NCBI GenBank assembly: GCA_030704615.1
Contig: CM060732.1
Coordinates: 65,472,001 to 65,536,000, forward strand
Direction of reading: 5' to 3'
Source: Takakia lepidozioides
Lineage: Eukaryota > Plantae > Bryophyta
DNA: 64,000 nt
Shown: one piece after another, positions 22,218 through 47,569 of the stretch
How positions within the stretch are numbered: the stretch's first letter is position 1
How the letters are laid out: the number at the start of each line of letters is the position of its first letter
Position numbers and translations under genes: made by a program
Notes under the pieces: generated by a model
What the model was told of the DNA's origin: nothing
Databases searched by the model: none
Seen by the model: only the letters and a program-made list of their open reading frames with translations

Positions 22218-24867
22218 TTATTGAGGACTGGATAATTTCAAGGACTTGATAAACTCTTTCCCTTTCAGCCCCATAGCCATGTAGTTGGTGAAGAAATTTC
22301 CAAAACTGATGCTTTGATAGAGAGGGCGGTGGTCAGCATCGATAAGTTGCGGAGCAGGGGACATGATAGAAGCGTCAGAGGGGCTGTAGAACGTGATCAA
22401 AGAAATGCGAGCTTCTCTTGAATTCACCACTGCCCGATGCTCCACGCTTGAGTACTTCCCATTGGTAATAATCTACACGATGCCAAAGGCCAACAATACC
22501 CATGTCAAAATAGCCATCTACAGGATCATCACGATCGATCTCAGGACTGAACTCAAGTGAATTCCTTGATATTTTACAGGAAATCTGCCGAAAAACAGTT
22601 AGTACATACGACTACATACTGGTTATTTCAAGTTATCCTACATCCCATGTAGTTCGTTCTTTCTGTAGAGGTGCACACCAGTAGTGTGCATAAAATGGGT
22701 GTGCGAGGAGTGTGTTCAGCGGGGCCTAGATCTTTATAAATTCAACTCGTGAGATTCACTACGAAGAAGGTGAGGGGCGTCGCAGTACTTGCCTGCATTG
22801 CGTCGCCCACGTTCAGAACAAGACTGTTGTTCATCGGTTTGATAGTAACCCAGCGACCGTCTTTTTTCACTTGAAGACCACCCACTTCGCCTTCCAGAAG
22901 AATTGTCAGGCCCCCTGCATCAGAGTGTGGAGTCATGCCAAGAACCAGATCTGGCTGAGGGCATGGTGGATAGTAGTTGAGTCGAAGGCCTTGGAAAGGG
23001 TTCTCTGCGTAGAGGTCTTCCAAGTAGCTAGGTCCGAGACAAAGGTTCTCGGACATAACAGCGAGCACCTCATTTCCGAATCTCTTCACCTCCTTGCTGT
23101 ACTCTTCCATCGTCTCTCTGCTTGTTTGAAAGATATACATTATCAGCATCTCATGTTCAGGTTAAGAAAACATTGCACAAAAAGGATTACAAGCCTCCAC
23201 AAATCCAACTAACATCTGGATAATTTTCTGGAGGGCCGTTCCAAGACCAGCAGCATTCCGTAGATTGAATTGTATGGATTGAGCCTTCAAAATCCAGCCC
23301 ACGAAGGTCACCGACTCATTTGGGTTACACATGAAGCAGAAGTGGTTCATGGATTATTTACGCACCGATATGTCGGAGGGTTTTCAGGCCAGGTGGCCAC
23401 CCTGGTGCTGTCGTGCATGTAATGCACAAGTATATCCACCCAGTCTAGGCGCTTGTTGTCTCGCACATGCAGGCGACGACCGTATCCTTGCATGGTCCCG
23501 GGCTCGCGTATCGCAAGGGCCTCCTTCTCCTCCATGGGTCTCTCAAAAAACAACTTTGCATTTGTCTTAACTCTATTCACCAACGTCTCCGAGATGCCAT
23601 GATTGACCACCTGCTAAAATTAATTTACAAGCTCCATGATCATGCAACGCTCCATTTGCGATATATCGAATCTCACGAGCAACTTGAAAATACTCAAAAG
23701 GAACTCAACGAAACAATCAGTATATGCCGCACATTACGAATTTTCTTGTCCAGAAAGGATCGTAGACTCGATGATCTGACGATTAAACATGATACTTGAG
23801 GAGCGGGCTTCCCAGGGAGCAGATGGCCACTTCGGAAGATACTTTTCAAGACATAAATGCGGTCCCACAAAGTGAAGCCCGAGTCTTCCCGGGGATCTAT
23901 GACCGCGATCTTCGGATTTGCCTTTTGAACATGTGTACATACACACGACTTCCGAAACCTACAATGGAGTCACCTTTTGGAAAGAATCATGAGAAGTCAC
24001 TAAGAAGAAAGTTCAACTTCTATAGATCTGCGCCGGAAGTCCAAGTTGTATTTCTAACTGTCTTGGACAAGCTAGGTATTCTATTCCAAGATATATTCAG
24101 AACCGGGGATAGGTGATTATAAGGTACCACTGCACATATATATAGTGTTTGCAAGCATACCTGCAAAATACCCAACTCTTCACATGCGCGGGCCACCTCT
24201 GCCATCACCCTCTGCCTTGAGCCTGAACGAAGAGTCAAGGTCACAAACATCAGCTGCATCTCAACCCGGCATTAGTTCGCCTTCTAACTAAACTACATAC
24301 CCCGAGATTAACAATGGAAGTTCAAAGTCAGTTCATGTGTGGCCGTTATGGGTGAGTTTCTAGTTTCTAGGTGTCTAGCAAGGTTTTAAGAGCTTCAATC
24401 CTGGAGCTGTGCACGTTGGTTCAAACATCTTACATCTGCAGACAGCATGTAAAAAAGAAACTGAACGATGCTTGCCAAAGTAGTATACTTGCTTAAGCCC
24501 CATCTTAGCTCCTGCCTGACTGCTGCTGCAGCTCTATCGCCTGGTTAATGTCCGAAATGAAGTACCAACCACCCTCGAGCGATTGAGAGCTGCAAATCTT
24601 ACATACTGCAAAACGATGTTTTCCAGGAAGAATCAATGGATATGAAGTCTGTGAATGGCAAAGGCACATACCCCCTGTTAGCTCCGCCCAGTTAATGACA
24701 GGCAGCTGGACTTCAGTGAAATTCGCTCCCAAGTTTGGGCGTTCATGTATGGATAGAACGTACTCCTCAGGGATTTCCTCGTCCCCTCGAGACGCAGCTG
24801 TTTGAACCCGCTCCATGTGTCGGGTCCAGTTTTTGTCATCATCTCTGGTTTTCAGAAATCTAGACAT
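22218..24867 (-). CDS. 2-oxoglutarate/Fe(II)-dependent dioxygenase (DOXC class), about 360 aa, 5 exons
   Basis: Exons 24867-24672, 24222-24161, 23610-23366, 23117-22793, 22472-22218 (1083 nt, phases consistent). Motifs VNHGI, LRLNYYPPCPQPDLVLG, HxD...H (PHSD, EHR) and RxS (RIS). Substrate cannot be assigned by eye. Confidence 0.93.
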
Positions 24868-25777
24868 ACGCGCCCGACTGTCTGAAAGTCGAAAGTAGGC
24901 CTGTTTCTTGAAAGTGAAGGGACGAACCCTCTGATGCCGTAAACTGTACTGCTGATGTGCAATGCAGGGAGGTCTACAGAGACAGTGTTCTAATGCAAGC
25001 TGAAAAGCTGCAACGTAAAGAATCTGAACAGATCAACGCGCAATCTAGAAACTTAAGATTCCATACATGTAGGTCCACGCTACATCCTTCAAATCTCAGG
25101 GAGAGGCTTGTCTCGAGAAACCCTGGCCCACTATGGTGTCTTTAATACCAAAATGTGGATGCGCGTCTGTGTGCCAGCTCATGCCAGGGTTTCTGTAGCT
25201 TCTGACTGGGCCTACCCTGCTGCCCTGCAGCTTTTGCCTGAGCGCTCGAAATTAGCAGTCGAGTCCATCCGCTATGGCATCATTAAGTGAACGTTGGGCG
25301 CCACGCCCTCTCAATTCCCCAGCTACGTCAATTCATTAACCTCGCATCCATGGAACTTGTGCAATGTGTCTAAGTTCTAATTTGCATTTACTGTGTTCGA
25401 AGTGTATGCGAATCCACTTCTTCTCAACATGTTCCCAGTTGCTTTTGGAATGGTTTCACCCGGTTGATCAGCATGTTTCATTGAGTATTAGTCTGTTTTC
25501 ATATTCATGATTCAATCCCGCGCGATCGCATGCCTCGACAGATGTACATGATAACTCAATTCAACTGGTAGAAGATTCTGCCTTATTTCAGTATTGATCA
25601 AGTTGCAATCCTGTTGCAATGTACAATGTCTGCCTTACTAACACGAAGCACTCAATTCTAAGCCTCAAGATAACCAAACTCGTGGCTGACCAGTTCGCTC
25701 ATCCACCCAGAGCTAATTTCTCTTCAGCTGATCGGCCCGTCCACTCCTTCAACCCACATACACAAATACATTGAAAA

Positions 25778-26050
25778 GCACTCAGAAAGCAACCCGAAAC
25801 ATGTACAGTCACAATTCTGGGAGAGGAAGTCAGAAAGCAACTGAAAACATATAGAGAAGACGCTCACAATGTCCGGACGAACAATGCTGGGAAGCACTTT
25901 GCAACCACTCATAAAGCAACTGAAAACATATCAAGAAACCGACAACATATCGAGCTCGCAACGGCCACAATGCTGGAAGCACTGTGTACCCATTGAGAAA
26001 CACTCAAAAAGCAATTGGAAACATATGGAGAAGACGCCCACAATGCTAAG
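25778..26050. repeat. Degenerate minisatellite, 4 units
   Basis: Core CACTCAGAAAGCAACTGAAAACATAT recurs with mismatches at about 25779, 25827, 25906 and 26001; the intervals share CACAATG(C)T. Confidence 0.6.
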
Positions 26051-27819
26051 ATGCATTGCAACTCATCTCCAGCCACCCTGGGGAGACGAGAGAGATGAGA
26101 CAGCCTTAAGGAGCTAGTGCCCCTTCTTTTCCTATGGTTTGAAAAGAGTGGTGAACGGGAAATACGTGTATATATAGGTACATGCACATTCTTCAAATTG
26201 GGTAACACACACTATTCCTAGACTATACCAAAGATATTCCACTATTCCTAGAATATGCCAGAGATATTCCACTTCGAAACTAACTAGTATGTAACTCGCG
26301 CCATACAATCGCCATGGGTATCTTTCCGGTGGTAGTGGAATCATCCCGACTCCTTTGGCTCCTGCTGCTCCTTCTTATTGTCAAACCAACGCATAAAATA
26401 TCTTTGGGGGGAGGCAGGGGGGCTATGTGAAGAGTTTCTACAGGAATTGTTTGAGGTTTCTTTGGGAATTTCTGCGGAAGGAGCAGATTGTTCATATGTT
26501 TACACAGACCGTGCCCAATAAAACTTCAAGACAGCCAACATTGACTCGAGAGGAGTTGACAAAATCGATTGGGTCGTGCAATAGTCAGAAACATGACTAC
26601 ACAAATATCATGTAGTGTGAAGTGGGAATGCAAGGAACATATTGGACTGTGGATGAAGTGGGTTGAGTGGTATACCATGAGAGTGGAACAACTGCATACA
26701 TGACATTACAAGGTGACCAAAACAGATGTTGCAAGAGTTCAAGTTAAAACTGGATTAGCAACACATGGAGAGACTCTGCAGTCTTAACATTGTGCTGTCA
26801 ATCTGCTCAAATTCATGGGCAAAATTCCTACTAACTTTCTGCCACTTCTCCAGAAGTGCGGGAAAACTCAGCCATGATATCAGCTAGCAGACACTAGGAA
26901 AGGAAATCGGGCGCAGATAATTTCCCTGGGTTGGTTTGAACCACACTCTAAATTGGCAGTTCTCTGAATATTAGGAGACCCATAAAACCATAAATAAAAT
27001 CCGAATTATTGCAATCTCAGCAGGAACCAGCAAAGAGCAGATATGCGAGGAAAATGCCCCGGACGTGTTTGCACAATTCCTCAGCTTCTTTCCTGTTCTT
27101 GTCCATCCCTTAAGAGCTGTGAACGTAAACGCTGTGAGACCACCTGCAGTTGGGCTCACAAACCCTTTCAGTGTTCAACATATTCTCTCTTACATGTTAG
27201 ATGCATATCGGTATAAATTGACGATCATACCCCGACCCTTTAGTGCATTTTTGGTATTAACCCTACAAGTTTGTGCTCTCAATAGAATATACCCAACAAA
27301 TGTTAACTTCCACTCAGGACTCAGGACCATGTAGCTACCGAGTTACTATCACAAGCTACAACCTGAAGTTGTAGCACAGTCATGTCCAGCCGACAGAGTA
27401 CCACTGTTCTCGAGTAAGGGAAGAGATGGTACATGGGGACAGTGCTAATGAAAATTTCCCCAAGACCAAAAAACTGCAATTGCAGTGGAAGTTAGTTTCG
27501 AATAGCTACATCATATAGATATGTACTGAAACCACCTGTAAAATCGTGAAATCTGAAATGGGAGCTTAACTGTGGTTCCCCCTGGTATGGTGAGAAGCTG
27601 TGAGATATGGCAGCTAACCGTCCCATTACAAATGTAGCCATTGGAGGTGCATGTCCACTACTCAGACTCCCCCTCTGACCTACACGGAGCTCTTTCCTCA
27701 AGGCAGCTTCATTGATGTCAGCACCACAGCCGACCATCGATGGAGAATGATGTGAACTCGGGCACCATCTCCAATCCATCTTGAGATCCAACTATGGTGA
27801 AAACCTTCCCCTGATTGAT

Positions 27820-40297
<12,478 letters not shown>

Positions 40298-43200
40298 GAT
40301 CTCCTCAACCTTGCAATTGCATTTCCTCGGTCAATTCTTCGGAACTGCTTCAGACCTTCTTCTCGCTCAATCCCTTGCTCCTCATTTCAGAAGACGGTAG
40401 TTCCTACTGTGAAGATCTCCTCTCAATGTAAACCGCTGGATATTACTCTGGACCCGTAATCGCCACTCATTGATATACTGTTCCTGGTGAAAGAAATTGC
40501 CTGCGTCGCCACCAAGGTCTCCGCTTCTATGCTGCCCTAGCTGCCTCAGGTCTGCATTCTTCCATCCTTGTTCTCTTTAGTCCCTTCGCCCTGTAGCATT
40601 GTCTCCTCCTTGAAGTTGCACCCCTTTAGCAGCTCTACTACTTGGAGTAATCGATCGGACTGCTTTTCGTTTAACATCTTTAGCCTCTCTACCAAACGTC
40701 CGTTTTTTGCAGACAGTATCTGTGATGTCTCACACATCAACGGGCCAGTCCACCACTCCAGGACTGGAATGCCTGCTTCGCCAGAAAATCCGCTGTCAAG
40801 TGAGATGTTGGTCGAGAGGGAAAAAGAGAAACTCGTTAAGTATAGAGTGACTGAAATGACTGTTCAGTCTAAATTAAGTGACCGAATTGAAACATGAAAG
40901 AGCACAAATTGCAAGAGAGCGAGAGAGAGATACAGAGGTGGTGAAGCCCTCCTTCATGAATTACAGAAACAGAATGCACTCCGTAACAAACGTCGCTCTT
41001 CAAAAGACAAGATTTGTACCAGTCCCGTATCTTACGAGAGTTGAGAAGAAAATAATTCCTGAGAGCGGAGAACTCAAAATGCAAACAAATGCCACGCACC
41101 TTTATGATCCATGCGCAGTAGGAGAGACAGAGAACTGGCGCGACGACAAAACAAAAACCAGAGTCCCGAAATCACTCACATCTTCACTCACTCCAATGTA
41201 AGAACGTACTCCTTAACACTATACGACTCAAACTGCAATATCAGTATAGACAGCTTGTGCTCCATGCGCACAAGGCGACCGAAAATCACAAGACGATGTC
41301 CCAAAATCACTCACATAATGCAGCTGGAGACCAAATCGCATAATGTAGAGCCACAAGCACCGAGAAGAACACGGAATTTTCACTCAATTGCTGTAATGCT
41401 CGTATAGTGTCCCGCATATCACAGAAGAGAAGTGACCTCGCATCTCGCACCGCAATTTCCCTCACCGCAAGCAGCCAAAACCAGTGCCTTGCGGCTACGC
41501 TGCTTTCTACGTTTCTACTCTATTTTTGGTCGCCTTCCTTTCCCGGCAACAGAGCGCACGCGTGGATGCCTCTAGCCCACAGTCGCTCGTGGTGATTCAT
41601 CCATCCATCCATCCATCAGTATGAAAAGCCAAGCAATTGAAAAACGTTGGAGTGAGAGCATTTATACCGACGACACTCTGCCCCACGCTGCTTACGCCGC
41701 TCCACCTCGCCTGTCCTCTTCCCTTGCTATTCTACTCTTCCTTTACTCTTGTACTTTTCTTTTTCTTTTTTTTTTTCTAAAGGGAAACACCTTTTCTCTT
41801 TTCTCTTTTGTTCTAAACTATGGGGTAAGCAAAACAAATGCGAAAAACCATGGAGCAAATAATACAATAATTATTAATAAAGCTCTAAAGGGCTTCCTCC
41901 CCTTTCTCTCAAAAACAAAAAATATAAATAATAATAATAATAATCATTCAGGTTTTTTTTTTCAAATTTGGGAAATAACAGGAGTGGCTACTGAGTTTTG
42001 CAGGAAATAGCCATATTTTCTGGTCATCCACTGAAATTTGGACAGAAATATCCTCCATTGTACTTTCATCCATGTATATCATCCATATTAGGCGAATTCA
42101 TCCAATATTTATATGTTTTAGGAGAATTTGGCGATTTCATCCATGAGAAAATAGGGAATTTACGACAGAATATTCGATTTGTTTTTGAGGTCGATTAAGT
42201 GCGAAAATTTAGCCAGAAATCTCAGCAAAATGCTATAAAATAGCCAAATTCCATATATTTAACACAAAATATTAAATAATTGATTTAAAAATGTGAATGG
42301 TGGGTGAGGGGACATGGCCCAGTGATAAAGGCCTGGGCGGAAAAGCAGTGGGCCCTTCATATCTCTGTCCCCGTATTTATGGTTTTTCCACCCACCCTAC
42401 CAGACACTGCTACATTCCAATAAGTATTTGGGACAGGACATGCTGACAATAGAAGGTCGAGACGTACAATTTCCATCCATACATTCCTCATACATCCAAT
42501 CAATGCTGCTCCCTCATCCCTTGATTACAGTAAGCGTGACTCATCATCATCTTCTAGAAAGCCGGCCCTCCTGTTGACCGTGGGTGGAAGCAAGTGGATG
42601 CTGAATGGATGCTGAATGGATGTTGCTTTGACCACACAACAAATAGAATCAAACAACATGGACTACATACTATGTATAGAGTCGGTGTGAATCACATGTA
42701 CATCATCCTTTACGTTGTTTCTTGTTTCCTTCCTTCCATAAATTTATGATCAATTTGGCAAGTTATCCCTCTTGATTCAACATAAACATATTTTTTTTCC
42801 CCTAATAATTCCAAATAAAGATTTTATCAGGGCCTCTGTCCCCTGTTTGTTTCAGGTTTCTTCTATAAGTTTTCTTCCTCCCTGAGTCTCAGTGAGCAGC
42901 CACCAGGTTGGCGGCCGGCAAGTCGTGCTGACGGAATGGGGGTGCTTAATTTAGGGCTGAATCTTGCTTTGTAAATCCGAGCGAATACGTATATAAGTAC
43001 ATATCCAGGTCCAACTCTGGAAATAAATAAATAAAAATAAAAATAAATAAATAAAATAAGTTACATGCAAACAGTCACAATCAGTATTAGTTTTGGTATG
43101 GATACAATTAAGACCACTGGTCCCACCCATGGTCAGCTTGACCGTAGGTGCACGTGGGTGTAATAGGGGGACCCGAAGTGACCCTACTTCTCCAATCAAT

Positions 43201-43591
43201 TGCATGAGCGGACCCTTTATTATAATTATGTATCCCTCCTCATTTTGCGCGCGGATATATCTTGCAATGGGCGGGTCTTTTTTCTTTTTTTCTTTTTTTT
43301 AAACATTGAAGGGTCTTTGATTTGATACAAACCCCTCACGGTTACCACTGTGATTATATAGTATATACGTATATACGGTAGTGCCTATACCATTCAACAG
43401 TTTGTGCGGAATTTTTATTTTTTTTTGGGAATATTTCATTTTGTTTTTCATAAGGGAAATACCTGGGAGCGACACTGAGCTCACAAATCAGGCCCCTTAA
43501 TTATTGTGGTGAGAAAATAACCTTTTTCAAAAGAACGCTTTTGCATGGGACACCGGCCCAAGGGAAGGGGAGAACATACCACAGCCATCAA

Positions 43592-43660
43592 GGTAGTAGG
43601 ATTTGACCCCAAAATTACCCCAGAATCACCAAGAGTGCGCTATCCAATTGAGCTACCAAC
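43592..43660 (-). other. Degenerate tRNA-like (SINE-head) sequence
   Basis: Minus strand GGTAGCTCAATTGGATAGCGC...GGGGTCAAATCC shows A/B-box-like motifs; no clean cloverleaf. Confidence 0.35.
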
Positions 43661-43815
43661 TTGTGTTGGTACAAAATAGTTATTCCTACAAAAAAAACAT
43701 CAAGTTCGGCACTCCAAAAATGTTTAAATTTCAACAAAGTCACATATGAACCCAACTTAGTTAACATGTGCTACATTGGTTGGTGCTAGCTGAGGAGGTT
43801 GGGCAACGTGTGAAC

Positions 43816-44978
43816 CAGTGTTGTGCGGGTATCCGCTTAGGCGGGTTGGAACCGGGCGGTTCCGGTTCCTGGGACCGGTACAGGAACCGGAACCAGCGGG
43901 TACGGGTTTTTCCAGGACCCGGCTGGGAACCGGAACCGGGATCCCTGGCGGTTTCCGAATTAGGGGTTTTTTTTTTTTTTTTTTTTTTTTTTCTCGCGAT
44001 CTGTCGTCTCTCACCTCCAATCTGCGCGATTTCAGCGCGGGAGAGGGAGCAGCACCTCAGCGCGTGGGGGAGGCCGCAGCAGCGCAGGAAGGTAGCAGCG
44101 TAGGTAGTGGTTTTTTTTTTTTTTTTTTTTTTTAACACGTTGTATCGTCTCTCATGTTGGTGAGCTCTTCCATGAACGAGTTTTTGAACAGTGAGGAAGT
44201 CCTCTTAGATGACAACGAGGAGTTGATTGCAGAGGCCGAGTTGTTTGAGATAGAATGATTTCTTTGTGTACTCTACACACAATGATTTATACTCGCTTAC
44301 ATTGCATTATTATTTCATAAATTTGTATATGAATGTTGTGTTGTTTCTTTTCAACATGGTCAAAATATTTGATATAACTAATGGGGATTCACAAATCATT
44401 TTCAGATTTATAAAAAACCGATCAAAAATTTAATATATATTTTTAAATTCAAAAAATAGAGAACCGGAACCGGAAACTGGAACCGGCGGTTCCTTCCCAA
44501 AAAATACCCGGAACCGGAACCGGAATCTGTTCATGAATTTTGGAACCGGAACCGGAATCTGATCATGAATTTTGGTTTATGGTGGTGGTGGTGGTGGTGG
44601 TGGTTTAGGGTGGTTCGCCAGAAATTTATGAACCGGAACCGCTTCATAAAGTGGTGGTGGTGGTGGTGGTTTAGGGTGGTTCGCCAGAAATTGGGTGGGC
44701 TGGTTGTGGAATCCCTACGGACAGCTGCAGAAGTATCTATAAGGGGTACGACCTGACCGGTTGGAACTCTGGCCACAGAAAAACGCTGCTCGCACGGCGC
44801 GTGCCTCCCCACGGGGATGCATCCATGTGCGGGCTGAGTGCCCAGTATGCGATGAGTGGTATGAGCGACGTGCCTGGAAGCGCGCGCAGAACCGGATCCG
44901 GAACCGGAACCCTCTTTAAATATACCAAGGAACCAGAACCGGAGGTTCCTTCAATATGGCAAGAACCGCACAACACTG
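43816..44978. mobile_element. hAT-type MITE, 1163 bp
   Basis: 13-bp perfect TIR CAGTGTTGTGCGG/CCGCACAACACTG; perfect 8-bp TSD GTGTGAAC (43808-43815, 44979-44986); many GGAACC subterminal repeats; internal (TGG)n and poly-T tracts. Confidence 0.92.
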
Positions 44979-45120
44979 GTGTGAACACGCTCACGTTGGC
45001 GCGAGCAGATAGGCGTATTCCATAGATTCTCAAAATATCATGTGAATATGCTACAACGAAAGGAAAATACGCTCATGTCGTGAGGCGAAGTGGCTCTTAG
45101 TTACGCCGGTTTCGGCCGGA

Positions 45121-45154
<34 letters not shown>

Positions 45155-45625
45155 GCAAAACTACTGAAAATTTTTGTGCTCGCGCAAAACTCTAAAATTT
45201 TAAGCTTATAAGAAAGAAAACAGAAAATCTTTAATTTCTAGGTTGGGTAGCGTGTGAGCATGCTCACGTGAGCACAAGGGCATATTCCTCGAATTTCCAC
45301 GAAAATTCAGTTAAATTTCCATAGCGAAACGAAATTGGCAAAACTCATAATATCCAAAACTAACACATAAAGAACAAGTAGCCCCTACACCGCTCTGCTC
45401 ACAGGATACCAACGCCCTTTGGAATTATTTTGCAAACAAAACTGTTTGTGCTCGCGTAAGCACATATTTTGAACTAGTTTCGCTGACAAAATATTGCTAT
45501 TTTATTGTAACCGCATCGAGTTGAAGAAAAAATATCTGAATAAGCTCTAAAACAGCACCAGTTATGAACTCTTAAAACCGAGCCTTAAGTACTCTTGGCA
45601 TCTGTGTTCTATGTTTTTTAAATAC

Positions 45626-47556
45626 CAATGTTGGACCAGTATATAGGTCCAACCCAGGTATCAATACTAATATCAATCTAGATAGGTAAGACCATACCCA
45701 GCTGGTAGGTAGGGTAGCCAGTACCCGCGGCAATACCCTACCAGGGCAATACACCTCGCTCCATACTGCGGTACATGTCTAGTATTGCGATCAACGAGAT
45801 TGTTGTTGATACCACCAGTATTATTGTGATGTGAGCCTCAACCCGTACAGTAGGTGTATGTGTGGAGTTGGGGCAAGGGAATTCATGGGCGGCTGCTTCA
45901 ATGATGGGTGTAGTGGTGACTCGCAATGGATTACAAAATTCGATTGGGGAGTCTTGCAAAGGAAGGCATGTTGATTCATGCGGCAGTCCATTATGTAAGC
46001 ATAGCATTTTATGGCATCTTTTTTATACTCAATATACAATGTGTGTGAGCTCAATTCTGGTTTTGTATGTGTGCATTGTGTTGTAATTGTGATCCAGTGT
46101 GAAGGTCCTTTTTTTTTCAGGTTATTGAATATTCTTTTGAATATATTGTATATTTCATATACATACCTAGGAAATATTCATATTCTCCACATATGAGATG
46201 GAAAAAAATAAATATTGATACCCTACTGCTATACATCCACAAATTTACGTTATTGATACCCCTCCCATATCCTACCCGGCCCCCTTACCCCAACATCACG
46301 ACCATACCAATCTTGGGAAATATAGGCCCTTTGATACCATAATCAATATGGTATCATATTTTTGTGATACCAGTCCAACATCGGTAAAAAATATATGATT
46401 TGGATACCATGTTGGTATCAAATAATGCACTATTGATGTGGTGTTTTACGGGTATCACTAGTGTTGAACAACCGATACCAGGGCATTATCAATACAGGTC
46501 TGGTATCAAACAAACCCACAATAGAATCATATTAAAAGGCCCACTTCTCATTCTACGTGTACAATGAGCATGCTTCTCATTGAATGTATTCGTCAAAGTA
46601 TCCATCTTCTTGTAAGAGCTCAAATTCAAGATTGAAAGCTGCATCCATATTGTGCATTTTCAATACTCATACCTAGGTTTTCCTCACAAAAATGGATCTG
46701 GTACTAGATTTTCAACCACCTACCAGACTGATAGAGTATCGCCCATAGTATTAGGAAACACAATACTAGGCCAATATGGGTATATGCTAGGTAGTGGCAT
46801 GAGGTGATATCAGACTGGTCTGGTACTTTATACCACTGTTGTATTGGTATGTGCTAGTAGGCCGGGATATGTGCACTGGTATGAGTAAGGGTATTGTAGA
46901 ACATTCCAATTGGGTATGTCTTGGGGCATATACCCCGGCTATACCATGGACCCGGGTTTTGAACACTGGACCTACCCCCCTACCTACCATACTAGTCTAA
47001 GTATGAACTACTTTCATACTCCGCTTGAGACCCGTATTGAGGATTGATGAACCCAAGCTAGCATGGGTATGTGTAATGATACAATAGGAGTAGAAGGTAT
47101 GATCAGCATACAAGGTACAATATGCAGGATTTCTTCAGTTTTTGTCATGGCATCGAGCTTTTCTCCCATTTGTTACAATCCAGCCTTACAATACAAAGAC
47201 CTTCACTAATTTATGAGCAATACAAATTAGTTTGCATGGGCATGTGTGATTGCAGATTTTTTTTACCTTTTGTATGTTACCCTCAATCCGGTTTTAATTT
47301 CAGCTTTGAATACAATTTGATGACTATTAGGGTATACCATATCATTGCACATGCTCCCCCCATATGTCATTTGAGTTTTTGCCATACCCATGCCTGGGAC
47401 CAGGGTATCTCAAAATTGGAAATACCCATACCCATCCTATAACCTACCCTGGCCAGTCCTAATCTACCCCGGGCCCTACCAGTTCGACCCAAGAGCCAAG
47501 TTGGACCTACCAGTACCAGTCTGGTATGTCAAAATGGACATACTAGTACAACACTG
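45626..47556. mobile_element. Decayed or nested hAT-type MITE region
   Basis: Ends resemble CAATGTTGGACCAGTAT and ATACTAGTACAACACTG; GGTAT/ATACC-rich like 2711-3216; no TSD found. Confidence 0.45.
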
Positions 47557-47569
47557 CTTCATATTACCT

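Noticed and set aside
25778-26050. CRISPR-like repeat/spacer appearance
   Set aside because: Repeats are degenerate, intervals vary from about 20 to 70 nt and resemble each other, there are no cas genes, and the context is eukaryotic. Treated as a minisatellite.
43757-45033. Poly-K, poly-F, poly-H and poly-W ORFs
   Set aside because: Translations of poly-T and (TGG)n tracts inside a MITE.
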